Shown: piece after piece, positions 1 to 11,109 of the stretch
Layout: each line of letters starts with the position of its first letter
How positions within the stretch are numbered: position 1 is the first letter of the stretch
Source: TPA_inf: Saccharomyces
Taxonomy: Eukaryota
Assembly: GCA_000146045.2 (NCBI GenBank)
Contig: BK006936.2
Span: 749,185 to 813,184, forward strand
Length of the DNA stretch: 64,000 bases
Direction: 5' to 3'
The notes under the pieces: model-generated
What the model saw: the letters and a program-made list of their open reading frames with translations, nothing else
What the model was told of the DNA's origin: nothing
The model's database searches: none
Made by a program: the position numbers and the translations under genes

Positions 1-187
1 TGTCTTTGACCAACCTCAACCAAATACTATGTTCCGCTAAAGTATCTAATGAGACATCATCTCCTTTAAACCAACTTTTCAGCCACTGGTCATCCCGTGC
101 AGTGTTGTAAACGGCCAGCACAACGCCTTCCTTGATGGAATCGTTTATTGCTTCTTCCACAGAATCTCTAAACAGTGCTTCTAACAT
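1..187 (-). CDS. UBX7: 5' end (N-terminal ~62 codons) of a UBX-domain protein gene. The gene continues beyond the window start. ATG is the reverse complement of 185-187.
   Basis: Reverse-complement translation reads MLEALFRDSVEEAINDSIKEGVVLAVYNTARDDQWLKSWFKGDDVSLDTLAEHSIWLRLVKD, open to the window edge. Its position upstream of CHK1 matches YBR273C. Confidence 0.6.
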   Translation of the reverse strand, partial: MLEALFRDSVEEAINDSIKEGVVLAVYNTARDDQWLKSWFKGDDVSLDTLAEHSIWLRLVKD

Positions 188-409
188 TTGGTTACGGCTG
201 TTTGGTTTAGCTATCCTTGCTTCTTTGTAAGTGCTTTCAACCTCAACCCAGCTCCCTTTTAAATTTTCAACATTACTACGAGGCCTGCCGAAGTTAATAA
301 AGAGCGGCTTTAAATGTCATTTTAATAATTGAATGGCAAATAAAAACAACTACAGCTTCAAACATAAGAGTATATCATAAGTTGCTGTATATGGGCAGCA
401 CGTATTACT

Positions 410-1993
410 ATGAGTCTCTCGCAGGTGTCACCTTTACCCCATATCAAGGATGTTGTTTTAGGAGATACAGTAGGCCAAGGCGCATTCGCCTGCGTTAAAA
501 ATGCTCATCTTCAAATGGATCCCTCCATTATTCTAGCTGTTAAATTCATTCATGTTCCCACTTGCAAAAAAATGGGACTCAGTGACAAGGATATCACAAA
601 AGAGGTTGTTTTGCAATCGAAGTGTTCTAAGCATCCTAATGTTTTGAGACTTATCGATTGTAATGTCTCTAAAGAATATATGTGGATAATTCTGGAGATG
701 GCAGATGGTGGTGATCTATTTGATAAGATTGAGCCTGACGTTGGAGTTGATTCCGACGTGGCCCAATTTTACTTTCAACAGCTCGTTAGTGCTATTAATT
801 ATCTGCATGTAGAATGTGGAGTTGCTCACAGAGACATCAAGCCTGAAAACATCTTACTCGATAAGAACGGAAATCTGAAGCTAGCTGATTTTGGGCTCGC
901 CTCTCAATTTAGGAGGAAAGATGGTACATTACGTGTATCCATGGATCAAAGGGGTTCTCCACCCTACATGGCTCCTGAAGTATTATATTCTGAAGAGGGT
1001 TATTACGCAGATCGAACAGATATATGGTCTATTGGCATCCTCTTGTTCGTATTGTTGACTGGTCAAACGCCTTGGGAATTACCTTCATTAGAGAACGAAG
1101 ATTTCGTCTTTTTTATTGAAAATGATGGAAATTTAAACTGGGGACCCTGGTCAAAGATAGAATTTACTCACTTGAACCTACTCCGAAAAATTTTACAACC
1201 TGACCCAAATAAGAGGGTGACATTGAAGGCTTTAAAGTTACATCCTTGGGTATTACGTCGAGCTTCATTTTCTGGGGATGATGGTCTCTGTAATGACCCT
1301 GAACTCTTGGCTAAGAAACTGTTTTCTCACTTAAAAGTCTCACTGAGTAACGAAAATTATTTGAAATTCACTCAAGATACAAACTCTAATAATAGGTACA
1401 TTTCTACTCAGCCAATTGGTAACGAATTGGCTGAGCTTGAACACGACTCAATGCATTTCCAGACAGTTTCGAATACACAACGTGCATTTACCTCGTATGA
1501 TTCAAATACGAACTATAATAGCGGAACAGGTATGACACAAGAGGCTAAGTGGACGCAATTCATAAGCTATGATATCGCTGCCTTACAGTTTCATTCTGAT
1601 GAAAATGATTGTAATGAATTAGTAAAACGACATTTACAATTTAATCCGAATAAACTTACCAAGTTCTACACGTTGCAACCTATGGATGTTTTGTTACCGA
1701 TTTTGGAGAAAGCCTTGAATTTATCACAAATTAGAGTAAAACCCGACCTTTTTGCGAATTTTGAAAGATTGTGCGAATTATTGGGTTATGATAACGTTTT
1801 CCCACTTATTATAAATATTAAAACCAAAAGTAATGGGGGTTATCAATTATGCGGTAGCATTTCCATCATAAAGATTGAAGAAGAGTTGAAAAGTGTCGGA
1901 TTTGAAAGAAAAACTGGTGATCCTTTAGAATGGAGAAGATTGTTCAAGAAAATTTCAACTATCTGTAGGGATATTATCCTAATTCCCAACTGA
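410..1993 (+). CDS. CHK1: Checkpoint serine/threonine protein kinase, 527 aa
   Basis: ATG at 410. Kinase motifs HRDIKPEN and DFG are visible in the translation. Length and sequence fit yeast Chk1 (YBR274W). Confidence 0.9.
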   Translation: MSLSQVSPLPHIKDVVLGDTVGQGAFACVKNAHLQMDPSIILAVKFIHVPTCKKMGLSDKDITKEVVLQSKCSKHPNVLRLIDCNVSKEYMWIILEMADGGDLFDKIEPDVGVDSDVAQFYFQQLVSAINYLHVECGVAHRDIKPENILLDKNGNLKLADFGLASQFRRKDGTLRVSMDQRGSPPYMAPEVLYSEEGYYADRTDIWSIGILLFVLLTGQTPWELPSLENEDFVFFIENDGNLNWGPWSKIEFTHLNLLRKILQPDPNKRVTLKALKLHPWVLRRASFSGDDGLCNDPELLAKKLFSHLKVSLSNENYLKFTQDTNSNNRYISTQPIGNELAELEHDSMHFQTVSNTQRAFTSYDSNTNYNSGTGMTQEAKWTQFISYDIAALQFHSDENDCNELVKRHLQFNPNKLTKFYTLQPMDVLLPILEKALNLSQIRVKPDLFANFERLCELLGYDNVFPLIINIKTKSNGGYQLCGSISIIKIEEELKSVGFERKTGDPLEWRRLFKKISTICRDIILIPN

Positions 1994-2171
1994 AAAAAAT
2001 GGAGACAAAAGAAGGGTTAAGATGCACTGATCAAAAAAAAAAAAAAATTCTTTCTACTTATTATATATCTCTCTCGATTTCTAGTGTGTCATCGTAACTA
2101 TATATTGTTTCGAGAGATTTTATTATTGTAATTAATTTATTGCCATTTTGATCTATTCTACATACTAACAA

Positions 2172-5100
2172 TCAATTCATATCATTATCCCTGTTTGAGT
2201 AATATTCGAGCCTCATCATAAAATCTAATAATTCAATTCTCAAGTTTCTTCTTTCTTCCACAGATATTCCGTTCAAGTCGCCCGGTGTGAACCCTCTCAA
2301 TCTGGCCACTAACCTTCTCGACTTTTTTGAAAAAAAGTGCACTTTTAATGAAGGTGTGGCTTCCCTAGATGTAGCATCTTCGTTACCATCTCCCCCCAAC
2401 AAAGGTTCGCCATCTGCTTCTGTGTGGGCTTGGCCTAATTGAATTTCATGGTGTTTTTCTTTTCCACCAATTGTTTTTGGTACGGTGTCTAAGCCATTCT
2501 GCGCGTTGATATTTGTATTTTCTGTCATTCGAGGAGGTGAATCTGGTGGCATTAACTCATTCCTTTGCAATCTCTTTTTCAATTTCTCTTTTATTTGGCT
2601 CTTTGACCCTTGCATTTTCAAAGAATTGAAAATGGGTATACGAATTTCTGGTAACACTGAAATATCAGCAACTTCGGGTTGTTCTTCTAGACCTGTCTCT
2701 TTAGATACCGCATGTTCCATTGATTTTAAAAAGCCCTCATCTCTGACATTTTCTTCAACAGGTACAAAATCGTCATTAATATTGGCATCCTTATCTCCTT
2801 TAAGCGGTCCCTTCAAATTTTTATTAAGTTCGCATGTTCCACTATCTTCTAAGCGTACATTGATACCTTCTTCGGTCATAACAACTTCCCTAGATTCTTC
2901 TTCAGTGCCTTGAATGGGTGTGCTGTCCATCCTGTCATTATTTTTGTTTCTACTGTTTATTGCACCCACTTGATGTTTCTCTTGCGCAACCGTTCCATGT
3001 TCATCTTCATCACTACGCAAGTCATCAACTTTTGATTTTTCTGTCTGCTTTGAACTATTGAGAAGTATAGTCCCACTCGGGATCTGAATGCCGTCTCCTG
3101 GCACCTCATTCCTTACTGGAGAGGCTTGTTCAACATTACAAGCATAATCGTTGTTTTCACCCTCATTATTAGGACGGGCTTTCTTCACGCTCTTGTACTG
3201 TGCAATATTGTCTTGCGTAAAACTTTTACTGTTGATTTTATTCATACTTTCCTGGTTCTCCTGTCTTTGAACATGTTCAACTTGCCCTTTTCCATCTTCC
3301 TTTGTTATGGTTTGCTGGTCAAGATCTAAAGTGACATTCAAGGAATTTTCATTACAGTTTGTTTCCACTTTTATGCTATTCCTTAAAGCTAACGAAGATT
3401 CTTCGTTGGCTATACTCTTGATGTTAGTACATATAACGTCACTGCTAGGCGACACCGCTTGTTCCTCAGAAACTAAAACGTCCACCATCGTTTCATGACC
3501 TTTCGATCTTTTATTTTCAGAGGTAGGCGTCTCTTTGGAAGGTCGTTTTAGAGGATTATCACTGTTAACAACGTTATGATCAGGATTCGTTTTGATAGAT
3601 CTATTTGTTACCGCCTTCAGTTCGCTAGTGAGAACTTCTATCGGTTGGTATGCGTTCACTTCCGAGGATTGTGTATCAATACTTTCATGCAGCTCAGTAA
3701 CATCCACCTCATCGCTTTTAGTAGAACAAATGTTGCTATGATTGGCCACGTTTTTATCTAACTGCGTACTCTTCATCTGCTGATCTATTTCTCTAATGCT
3801 TTCATTATCCACTTCCTCTAGTGTTTCATCATCAATTGATCTGCTTCGGTTAGCATGTGATTCTTGCTGTGAAGAATTCATTATTGCAGTATTTTTAAGC
3901 GATATTGAATCTGAATCTTTCGCACTAATCTGGGAAGATATTTGAATTGAGGAGGGAGGCTCTTTCATTCCCTGCGTAGCCGGAACCTGGATATCTTGAG
4001 AATCCACTTTTCTCTGTAAGTTTGAAAGTTTATTTTCACTCCCTTCGCATGGAATATACATCGACTTAGTGTCAGGTATAGCTTCAATTTCCTTACTTGA
4101 GTCCCCTTGATGAACCACGCCCGATTCCTGTATCCACTTTCCTATTGTCTTTAATGTTGCATTATAGGTTCTCTTATCTTTAAACTTACGATTATGTGAT
4201 TTGATGAGGTCAATCAACAGATTAACCATATCAATAGTTTGATAGTTAGGGTTTGGCGGTAATATACTAATTAACATGGAAAAAAATTTTTTGGCGGCAC
4301 TTCTAGAAAGCGGTTTAGTGAGATATAATAAGACTAATTCACGGAGCATATTTGTACTCTTTTTGTGTTTTTGCATATTAGAGCTAACTGGATTTAAGAA
4401 GAAAACTAAAAGTGGCTCCTTTAATTTTTCCAAAATTTGGATCTCTTTTTGTATAATAATCTTTTCAAGCAACTCCAATATATAATCATCATCTCCATTT
4501 TCAATTTTTTCAATAACTGCTGCCAGTAACTTCCCATTAGGCTTCTCCTTATACGTCAGTAATTTTAACAGTAGCTCTGGACTTATTTTGAAAAGAACTT
4601 CGCTGGTCATATTTCCGCAAAATTCATCCAAATGATCCGCCATATTATTCTTTATGCAAAAATTCAATAGGCCACTGAATAATGGTTCAATGGGATTTGC
4701 CATCGCCAGATGAAGGAGTTCTCTGATTATTTCTGATTTTTCTAACTCGCTATCAGACGCATTTTGTAAAACGTTCTCGATTTCTGAAAAATTTTGATTT
4801 AGCTGTTCAAGTTGTTGACCCTTCAACAGCCAACGAACTAATGTAAGCTGTTCGGAGCACTTGAATAGTTTTATGTTTGCTGCAAAATATGAAGCTCTGC
4901 TACGTGGTAACAGCTTCAATAGGAGATCTGAATTTAGATCAGGGATGGAATTTAGTAAATTTGGATTGGAATGAATACAGTACTCCAAAATATCCATAAA
5001 TTTGTTACGCCTTAAAAATGGGAGCAGACCGGAAAACAGTTCAGGATTCCCTGGTAAAGAAGTTTTTAACAGCGTGATCAGATCCACGTTTAATTTGTTT

Positions 5101-7922
5101 TCATTTTTTGAAACATAGCTTTGAATGAAATAAATAAAATTATTGTTCGACCACATAGACACATGAAGTAGTGTAAACAAATTAACTGGAAAGCTGAGCT
5201 TCAAACATAGGTCCAAGAAATTTTCAATGGAATTTTCATTCGGAACTTTGTTCACAATATTCGCCAAACTCTGAAATTCTCTGAAAGATATATTTGGTGG
5301 TAATAACGTTGATCCAACCCAATTTTGGGCATATACTTCTGTTTTCTTATCATCCAATTCTAGAAACTTTTCTATTATCAGAAATTCAGATGTTTCGTTT
5401 CGAGCTTTCCTGATAACATCTTTTAAAAGATCAAGGGTCATGTTTCCTTGCGAAATACCAACTTTGGAAATTTGGATATTGAAATTTACTAATGATGAAT
5501 CATTCTTTCTTAAAAACAGGTCCAAAAATGTATAAACAAACGATGAAGTAACAGCACCAAAAAAGTCACGAAAAATGGGTGTATCTTTGTTGTTTTGCGT
5601 GACTTTTAATATAAGACTGCTAAAGGATTCTAAATGAGTTTGGTCCTTTCTATCCTCTGGAAGATGCTTCAAAGATGTAAGGATCAGATCATGAGCCAAA
5701 TTAACGTTAGAAATGGCTACTTCAACAGCCTGGAACACAACTTTCATGATTTTATCGTATTCACGCTTGATGATCTGCGGGGGCAGGCTTGAAATGTCTT
5801 TTAACTTTACACCTTCTGAGGCTATAACACTCATTGGGTGAATATGCTTTTTATATTTTCTTTCCAATGCAACATCTGCATTCTTTCCCCCAATTAACAA
5901 ATGCAAAACTGTGAAGAGTACATTTTGCAAGTGAATCGAATCATATTTGAAAACATAATCTTCATAAATCGGGGTTATTAGGTGGTCCCAAAATAGTTCA
6001 AACATATCTGTTGACAAATTCTTATTACTTGTAAATGCAGTGTAAACAACACCTAAAAGGTGGTAGATGATCCCTTCTCTAGCGCTTGGATCATTCACAT
6101 AAGGAAGCGTCATTTGAAAAGGGGTTCGTAAAAGTGACAGTAAACTTTTGTTTCCTTCCTGATTTTTCTGTGATATTTTCGTGCATATGCAGTAGGTAAT
6201 AATTCTCCAAACTTTGATGGACATTAAGCGAGTCTTGGGGTGATTATTGATAAAGCACAGGTTATTTAAATCAAACCAAACTTTGTTAGATTCTGATGTC
6301 AAATCATAAACTCTCTTTCCGCTATCGTATAGTAATCCGGTCATTGAAAGCCACAAATCCATTGCTATTTTATTGTCATTTTTGACCACAATATAGTTTT
6401 TTATCTGCTGTGTAAGAAGATGACCAATTGTCACTTTATCTAAATTAGCGCTGTCATATGAATTTAACGGTAGTTTAGATAAAAATTTTTCCGGGATTGT
6501 TTCGCATACTGGAGATAGCATGATACACTGGTAAATCCTTTCATGTTCATCAACAAAATCTAAGCATTTTTTTAGTAGTTCCAGTAAAACAACTATTGAA
6601 GTTATGAGAATTTTCATGGAGTAAATTTCATCTCCGATAATAATCCTAGGTAGTACCTCACCTGGTAACCAAGAAGTTACCGTCTCAATCATTAATTTTG
6701 GATACTTGCTCAAAAATCCCCTTATAAGTAGCAATTTTTCATATATTAGGTTGTGACTATTGATTTCCATTATTTCAGTGAAAGTGCTAATGATAGGTTT
6801 AATTTCTTCGTTGCTCAAGAAAAAAGTACCAAATTTTTCGTCTCTCAAGAAAGAGACTTGTGCTGTTATGATTATCTTGTTTGAATTTTCATTTCTTAGC
6901 GCACCGGTGGTCCACCTGTAAATAACTTTTAACTTATTAACCAAATCTGGCCTTTTCGTTAGCCACTTAACGATTTTGAAATTAGACATAATAGCACTGA
7001 AGAATCGAACTATTTGAACATATAGTCTGATTACAAATGGATTTTTTTTTTCACTACTACTTAATAATGTGTCCTGTGCTATTTGTAGATGCGGTATGCA
7101 TATTTCAATGATACTTTCTATATTCACAATTAGAATATTGAATTTCTGATCAACCTCGTTAACATTTTTAGTGGTTAGAATGGGTATAATATTATTAAAG
7201 GTTGCGTATACCTCAAACCTCCTCGCGACGTAATCTTCAGATTCTTGTCGCAAGATGCCCAATCCGCCCTCAATAATTTCTTTAAACTCCGAAACACTTT
7301 CATTATCAACTAAACCATGGATCTCACCACTCACCCAATACTCTAAGGCGCGAGGATTTACCCTTGTTTCCTTATAAGGTGATGTGAAAATATTACCGTT
7401 GTGTAATTTGTGTTGGGTATATTGGAGTTTATTGTAACTCAAGTCGCTTACAGTCCTCACTGAAGGCAACCTATTCCTCAAAATTGATTTTCCTGGTTTG
7501 CTTGATGGAGAGGGTTTAGGTGAGGAACCTGGTATGCGGTAAATCGGTGATGATTCTATCCTATCAGAAAAAGCTACACTTTTTGTAACCGGTGATACAT
7601 TATCACTATTAGAGGCAGACAACTCTGGAAGACTTTGCATTAGCCTGCTTCCTGTATCTTCTGGATATAAATTCTTGTTAATAGCTGATAAATCAAATTG
7701 TTTATTCTCGCAATCACTTGAAGACGCTAGCTTTCGCCTCTTTGGCGTTGGCGATAGATCGCTTTGTATATGCATATGAGCTTGTGGAGATGGAGGTGGC
7801 AAGTTAGTTTTCATCCACGGAGAGCTTCCATTGGAATAATTATCGTGTTGAGACCTACGGAGGATATGCTGATCAATTCGATCTATCGTATGTTTCTTTT
7901 TATCTGAAAAATCTTTCGACAT
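2172..7922 (-). CDS. RIF1: Rap1-interacting factor 1, telomere-length and replication-timing regulator, 1916 aa
   Basis: Very long minus-strand ORF. The track start at 7958 is a TTG. The first ATG (complement 7920-7922) gives MSKDFSDKKK and 1916 aa, matching RIF1 (YBR275C). Confidence 0.9.
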   Translation of the reverse strand: MSKDFSDKKKHTIDRIDQHILRRSQHDNYSNGSSPWMKTNLPPPSPQAHMHIQSDLSPTPKRRKLASSSDCENKQFDLSAINKNLYPEDTGSRLMQSLPELSASNSDNVSPVTKSVAFSDRIESSPIYRIPGSSPKPSPSSKPGKSILRNRLPSVRTVSDLSYNKLQYTQHKLHNGNIFTSPYKETRVNPRALEYWVSGEIHGLVDNESVSEFKEIIEGGLGILRQESEDYVARRFEVYATFNNIIPILTTKNVNEVDQKFNILIVNIESIIEICIPHLQIAQDTLLSSSEKKNPFVIRLYVQIVRFFSAIMSNFKIVKWLTKRPDLVNKLKVIYRWTTGALRNENSNKIIITAQVSFLRDEKFGTFFLSNEEIKPIISTFTEIMEINSHNLIYEKLLLIRGFLSKYPKLMIETVTSWLPGEVLPRIIIGDEIYSMKILITSIVVLLELLKKCLDFVDEHERIYQCIMLSPVCETIPEKFLSKLPLNSYDSANLDKVTIGHLLTQQIKNYIVVKNDNKIAMDLWLSMTGLLYDSGKRVYDLTSESNKVWFDLNNLCFINNHPKTRLMSIKVWRIITYCICTKISQKNQEGNKSLLSLLRTPFQMTLPYVNDPSAREGIIYHLLGVVYTAFTSNKNLSTDMFELFWDHLITPIYEDYVFKYDSIHLQNVLFTVLHLLIGGKNADVALERKYKKHIHPMSVIASEGVKLKDISSLPPQIIKREYDKIMKVVFQAVEVAISNVNLAHDLILTSLKHLPEDRKDQTHLESFSSLILKVTQNNKDTPIFRDFFGAVTSSFVYTFLDLFLRKNDSSLVNFNIQISKVGISQGNMTLDLLKDVIRKARNETSEFLIIEKFLELDDKKTEVYAQNWVGSTLLPPNISFREFQSLANIVNKVPNENSIENFLDLCLKLSFPVNLFTLLHVSMWSNNNFIYFIQSYVSKNENKLNVDLITLLKTSLPGNPELFSGLLPFLRRNKFMDILEYCIHSNPNLLNSIPDLNSDLLLKLLPRSRASYFAANIKLFKCSEQLTLVRWLLKGQQLEQLNQNFSEIENVLQNASDSELEKSEIIRELLHLAMANPIEPLFSGLLNFCIKNNMADHLDEFCGNMTSEVLFKISPELLLKLLTYKEKPNGKLLAAVIEKIENGDDDYILELLEKIIIQKEIQILEKLKEPLLVFFLNPVSSNMQKHKKSTNMLRELVLLYLTKPLSRSAAKKFFSMLISILPPNPNYQTIDMVNLLIDLIKSHNRKFKDKRTYNATLKTIGKWIQESGVVHQGDSSKEIEAIPDTKSMYIPCEGSENKLSNLQRKVDSQDIQVPATQGMKEPPSSIQISSQISAKDSDSISLKNTAIMNSSQQESHANRSRSIDDETLEEVDNESIREIDQQMKSTQLDKNVANHSNICSTKSDEVDVTELHESIDTQSSEVNAYQPIEVLTSELKAVTNRSIKTNPDHNVVNSDNPLKRPSKETPTSENKRSKGHETMVDVLVSEEQAVSPSSDVICTNIKSIANEESSLALRNSIKVETNCNENSLNVTLDLDQQTITKEDGKGQVEHVQRQENQESMNKINSKSFTQDNIAQYKSVKKARPNNEGENNDYACNVEQASPVRNEVPGDGIQIPSGTILLNSSKQTEKSKVDDLRSDEDEHGTVAQEKHQVGAINSRNKNNDRMDSTPIQGTEEESREVVMTEEGINVRLEDSGTCELNKNLKGPLKGDKDANINDDFVPVEENVRDEGFLKSMEHAVSKETGLEEQPEVADISVLPEIRIPIFNSLKMQGSKSQIKEKLKKRLQRNELMPPDSPPRMTENTNINAQNGLDTVPKTIGGKEKHHEIQLGQAHTEADGEPLLGGDGNEDATSREATPSLKVHFFSKKSRRLVARLRGFTPGDLNGISVEERRNLRIELLDFMMRLEYYSNRDNDMN

Positions 7923-8108
7923 TGCAAATTGACCACAAAAACGATTTTGCAATGGCAATCCTGTAATAACGTTGACGAATATATATATATATATTCACTT
8001 TTATCTCCTTAGGTACTGATGCCGACGAATTGCCTCAAATCGCTCTAAGACTGCGTTATTACTTTCGATCTTCTTGCTAACGATGAGTCGCCAATAAATA
8101 AAAAATCG

Positions 8109-8114
8109 ACGCGT
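8109..8114. promoter_or_regulatory. ACGCGT (MluI cell-cycle box, MCB) inside a 10-bp palindrome CGACGCGTCG, about 190 bp upstream of the RIF1 ATG
   Basis: Exact hexamer read in the sequence. The MBF-binding consensus is ACGCGT. Confidence 0.3.
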
Positions 8115-8435
8115 CGGTCAATTATAGTAACTTCTATTATTGTAGTAAATATGACATAAGAGGAAAAACACAAAGAACTGAAAATCAAAATGGCACTAAT
8201 CACCTGCCTTCTGTTGACTTCTTGTTTCTTATCAAAAGTAGAGTATATTCACGATGTAAATCTAAGATAGCTGTCCTTACTATATAAATATTTGCTGCGG
8301 CCCTTTTTTAACGATTTGTAAAGGATTACAGCAGTTCGTTATACTTGGCTGATAGCGTTAATTTTGCATACTTTTCTTATAATTGGTAATTTTCCTACGT
8401 ATTATACAGTTGTACGTATACTTATATAACAAAGT

Positions 8436-10859
8436 TCATGTGTACTTCATATTAACCTCAGCGATACCCCTACAGATGATGTGCCAATCCATAGTTTTGT
8501 CTTTTTCGCGATTATAATGCTTTTTCCACCATTTGAAGAGCTCATATACGAAGAACAAGTTTGGTTGAATGATAACATTAAGCCTCCGTACCCTCACAAA
8601 CAAATACGCACTTGCCAGGTCACACTGGAGATATCTCATACATTCAGCTATACAAACTGTTGCAGATCTGGAGACTCCGACCATACAATGCACCAGAACT
8701 TTCCCTCCTGTTGCTTCGGAATTGCTAATAAAATCCAAAACTTTGTCTATTTGGTGGAAAAGCGGATCTTTGCCGTTGTCATCTAGATTTTCGATCTGGC
8801 AAATTTGAAATCCAGAATTTTCACTTATTACTACGTTGCTGCCATTTTCTTGCTTATCGCTGACCACAGTATCAGCTCTATTTCTGCTTTTATTACATGT
8901 AGTATTACCTGCAACTTCATTGGTATTCGTCATAGTTATTGCACGATGTGGCCTTACAGGATGAGCAATTTTATCCTTATTCAATGTCCATGAAACAACT
9001 TCACCGACAGAAACTATATGCGTAATTCCTAGAGACTTAAGTAAGGCAGGATTTTGTGCATGATCCAGGGATCCCAAATACAAGTGACGTAGAATCCGGG
9101 ATGGCAGTGGGCCCTTCAAATTAACGAAATTAGACTCAAGAGGAATCTTCATAAAAAATATGCTACTAAAAAGCTCTGAAGAAATGTGTAATTGAAAGCT
9201 TTTATCCCTAAATTTCAATGCATTGGCATATAATTTTAGATTACTTCCATTCTGCGGACTAAACTCCCGCAGGACAGGTTGTAAATGGCCTAAAATTTGC
9301 AAGTCTGATGGAAAAAGGAAAAATGGTCTTGGATGGATCCTCAAAAGAGCGTCTTGTAACGGAATATTAAAGTGGAATATAATATAAGCTGTTAATAATA
9401 ATGACGTTTCTGTATATCCGTCTTCGCAATACATGAACGTCAATAATTCTTGAACTTGGGATACTTGAAATATTAAATAACAAACATTCAAAAGAATTTC
9501 CACAGACTGAATGTTTAAGTTCCCCAAACCTATACTACCTGAGGCAGGGAAAGTCAAATGCAAATGCTCTTGTGATTTTGACGCATCATCGTCTAATAAA
9601 AGATCTAGATATGTTCGGATTTTCGTTAACGACGGCATTTGCGAGTTTGACGTACATTTTATGATCAATTTCCACACCTCTTTTGTATTCGGTATGTTAT
9701 ACAGTTGAGAAATGGAGGTTGTCGGATTGTCCGTATCATAATTTAGAGACTTTAAATTTACTATGCTTGTATTCTCTTCGAAACGGTGGGTCAGAGATAT
9801 ATTGTTTTTTTTAATTATTTGATAATTATGCCAATCAGTGGTGTTACCGCAAATCAACCCTGTTTCCTCCAATCGTGTAGCTGAAGTCAGCTTATTCAAC
9901 TCTAACTTCTCGCACAAAACCATATTCTTATCAACGTTATTGAAACACACTATTTCACTAGGTGACGAACATAAATTCAAGGGAGTATTATTCTTGAAAA
10001 ATTCGTTGTCTAATAAAGGTGTACCAATCAAAGTTTGAGGTATATCTGTATTGAAATTCTGATAAGTGCAAATAAAAAGATTCGTCTTGTAAAGCGATCC
10101 TCCACTCCCTACATAACCCTTTTGAACAAACATTAAACAGATCTGTAAAAGTAGTGCAAGGGTTGTACAATTGGGGCAATTTCCCTCGTGTGAGCACGCT
10201 GGCGCTGATTCTGTTTGCATATCAGTGCTGCCACCAGTCCGCGAACAATAAATTACTATATTATCAACCATTTCTATCATCTTGGCACATTGCAGGTCGA
10301 ACCTTCGGAATAGACCTCTCCTTCCCCAGACGTCCTGCCCACTCCGTTTTAGCGTGGTATTAGACCCAACCTTGTTTCTAGAATACCTTTTAAGTTCTAA
10401 TGATAGTCCACGAGGATCTACTTTCAGAAATGGTAAAATGCTATGATTGTGACAATAAGTAGCAGCGTTTTCCAAAGCAACATCATCCACTTGCAATTCC
10501 AATTGTCGTATCTGAAACTTTAGCAAGTTCAAAAGTTCCTTTGTGTTATTGGGATATTGAAAACCATTAGAATCATTTCCAGTTTCACAGGTATCGCCCT
10601 CTCTATGAAAGGAAGTGCGAACTTTCCAGGACTGGAAGATATCATTCACTTCGAGAGAATTACGCAAAAGCGCAGAATTGTTAGCATCTGATTGCGATTT
10701 GACTATTGCAAGAGAATGAGGAAAATCGGGTGGTTGACCAAAGGAAATATCATGAGCCCAGGGGAACATTTTTTTACATTCAGGCCATTCTGCATCCTGA
10801 TGTAGTCGCATAAGATCATGCAGTTCACCAGGTGTGATTGAGGGCACTTCCAAAACCAT
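8436..10859 (-). CDS. PPS1: Dual-specificity protein phosphatase, 807 aa
   Basis: ATG (complement 10857-10859). The catalytic CX5R motif VHCMVGVSRS is present near the C-terminus. Length matches YBR276C. Confidence 0.85.
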   Translation of the reverse strand: MVLEVPSITPGELHDLMRLHQDAEWPECKKMFPWAHDISFGQPPDFPHSLAIVKSQSDANNSALLRNSLEVNDIFQSWKVRTSFHREGDTCETGNDSNGFQYPNNTKELLNLLKFQIRQLELQVDDVALENAATYCHNHSILPFLKVDPRGLSLELKRYSRNKVGSNTTLKRSGQDVWGRRGLFRRFDLQCAKMIEMVDNIVIYCSRTGGSTDMQTESAPACSHEGNCPNCTTLALLLQICLMFVQKGYVGSGGSLYKTNLFICTYQNFNTDIPQTLIGTPLLDNEFFKNNTPLNLCSSPSEIVCFNNVDKNMVLCEKLELNKLTSATRLEETGLICGNTTDWHNYQIIKKNNISLTHRFEENTSIVNLKSLNYDTDNPTTSISQLYNIPNTKEVWKLIIKCTSNSQMPSLTKIRTYLDLLLDDDASKSQEHLHLTFPASGSIGLGNLNIQSVEILLNVCYLIFQVSQVQELLTFMYCEDGYTETSLLLTAYIIFHFNIPLQDALLRIHPRPFFLFPSDLQILGHLQPVLREFSPQNGSNLKLYANALKFRDKSFQLHISSELFSSIFFMKIPLESNFVNLKGPLPSRILRHLYLGSLDHAQNPALLKSLGITHIVSVGEVVSWTLNKDKIAHPVRPHRAITMTNTNEVAGNTTCNKSRNRADTVVSDKQENGSNVVISENSGFQICQIENLDDNGKDPLFHQIDKVLDFISNSEATGGKVLVHCMVGVSRSATVCIAECMRYLQCDLASAYLFVRVRRLNVIIQPNLFFVYELFKWWKKHYNREKDKTMDWHIICRGIAEVNMKYT

Positions 10860-11032
10860 GGTTGTTGCTCTAGTTTTCTATACCCGCCCCTTCTACCTCA
10901 ATGACAATCTCTCTTTTATGGTTGGTGTTTCTTTTCACTTTTTTACTTCTTCTTGTACTTTTCTTTTTGAACCTTAAAAACTCTTGCAATTATGTTTCCA
11001 TGATGCTTTTGAAGTAATAATTTATTTTTATT

Positions 11033-11040
11033 ACGCGAAA
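11033..11040. promoter_or_regulatory. ACGCGAAA (SCB/MCB-like CGCGAAA element) about 70 bp upstream of DPB3
   Basis: Read directly. Fits the Swi4/Mbp1-type consensus CRCGAAA / ACGCGN. DPB3 is a replication gene. Confidence 0.3.
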
Positions 11041-11109
11041 TTAATGGCCTTAACAACTGCCTGCCCCAACAGATAAAAACAAGCAAGGGTCAACCGTGTT
11101 GCAAAAAAA

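Noticed and set aside
2485-2913. 142-aa plus-strand ORF and several 60-70-aa ORFs inside RIF1, with similar small ORFs inside PPS1 (8481-8993)
   Set aside because: They lie antisense within long, clearly genuine coding regions, and none has a recognisable domain.
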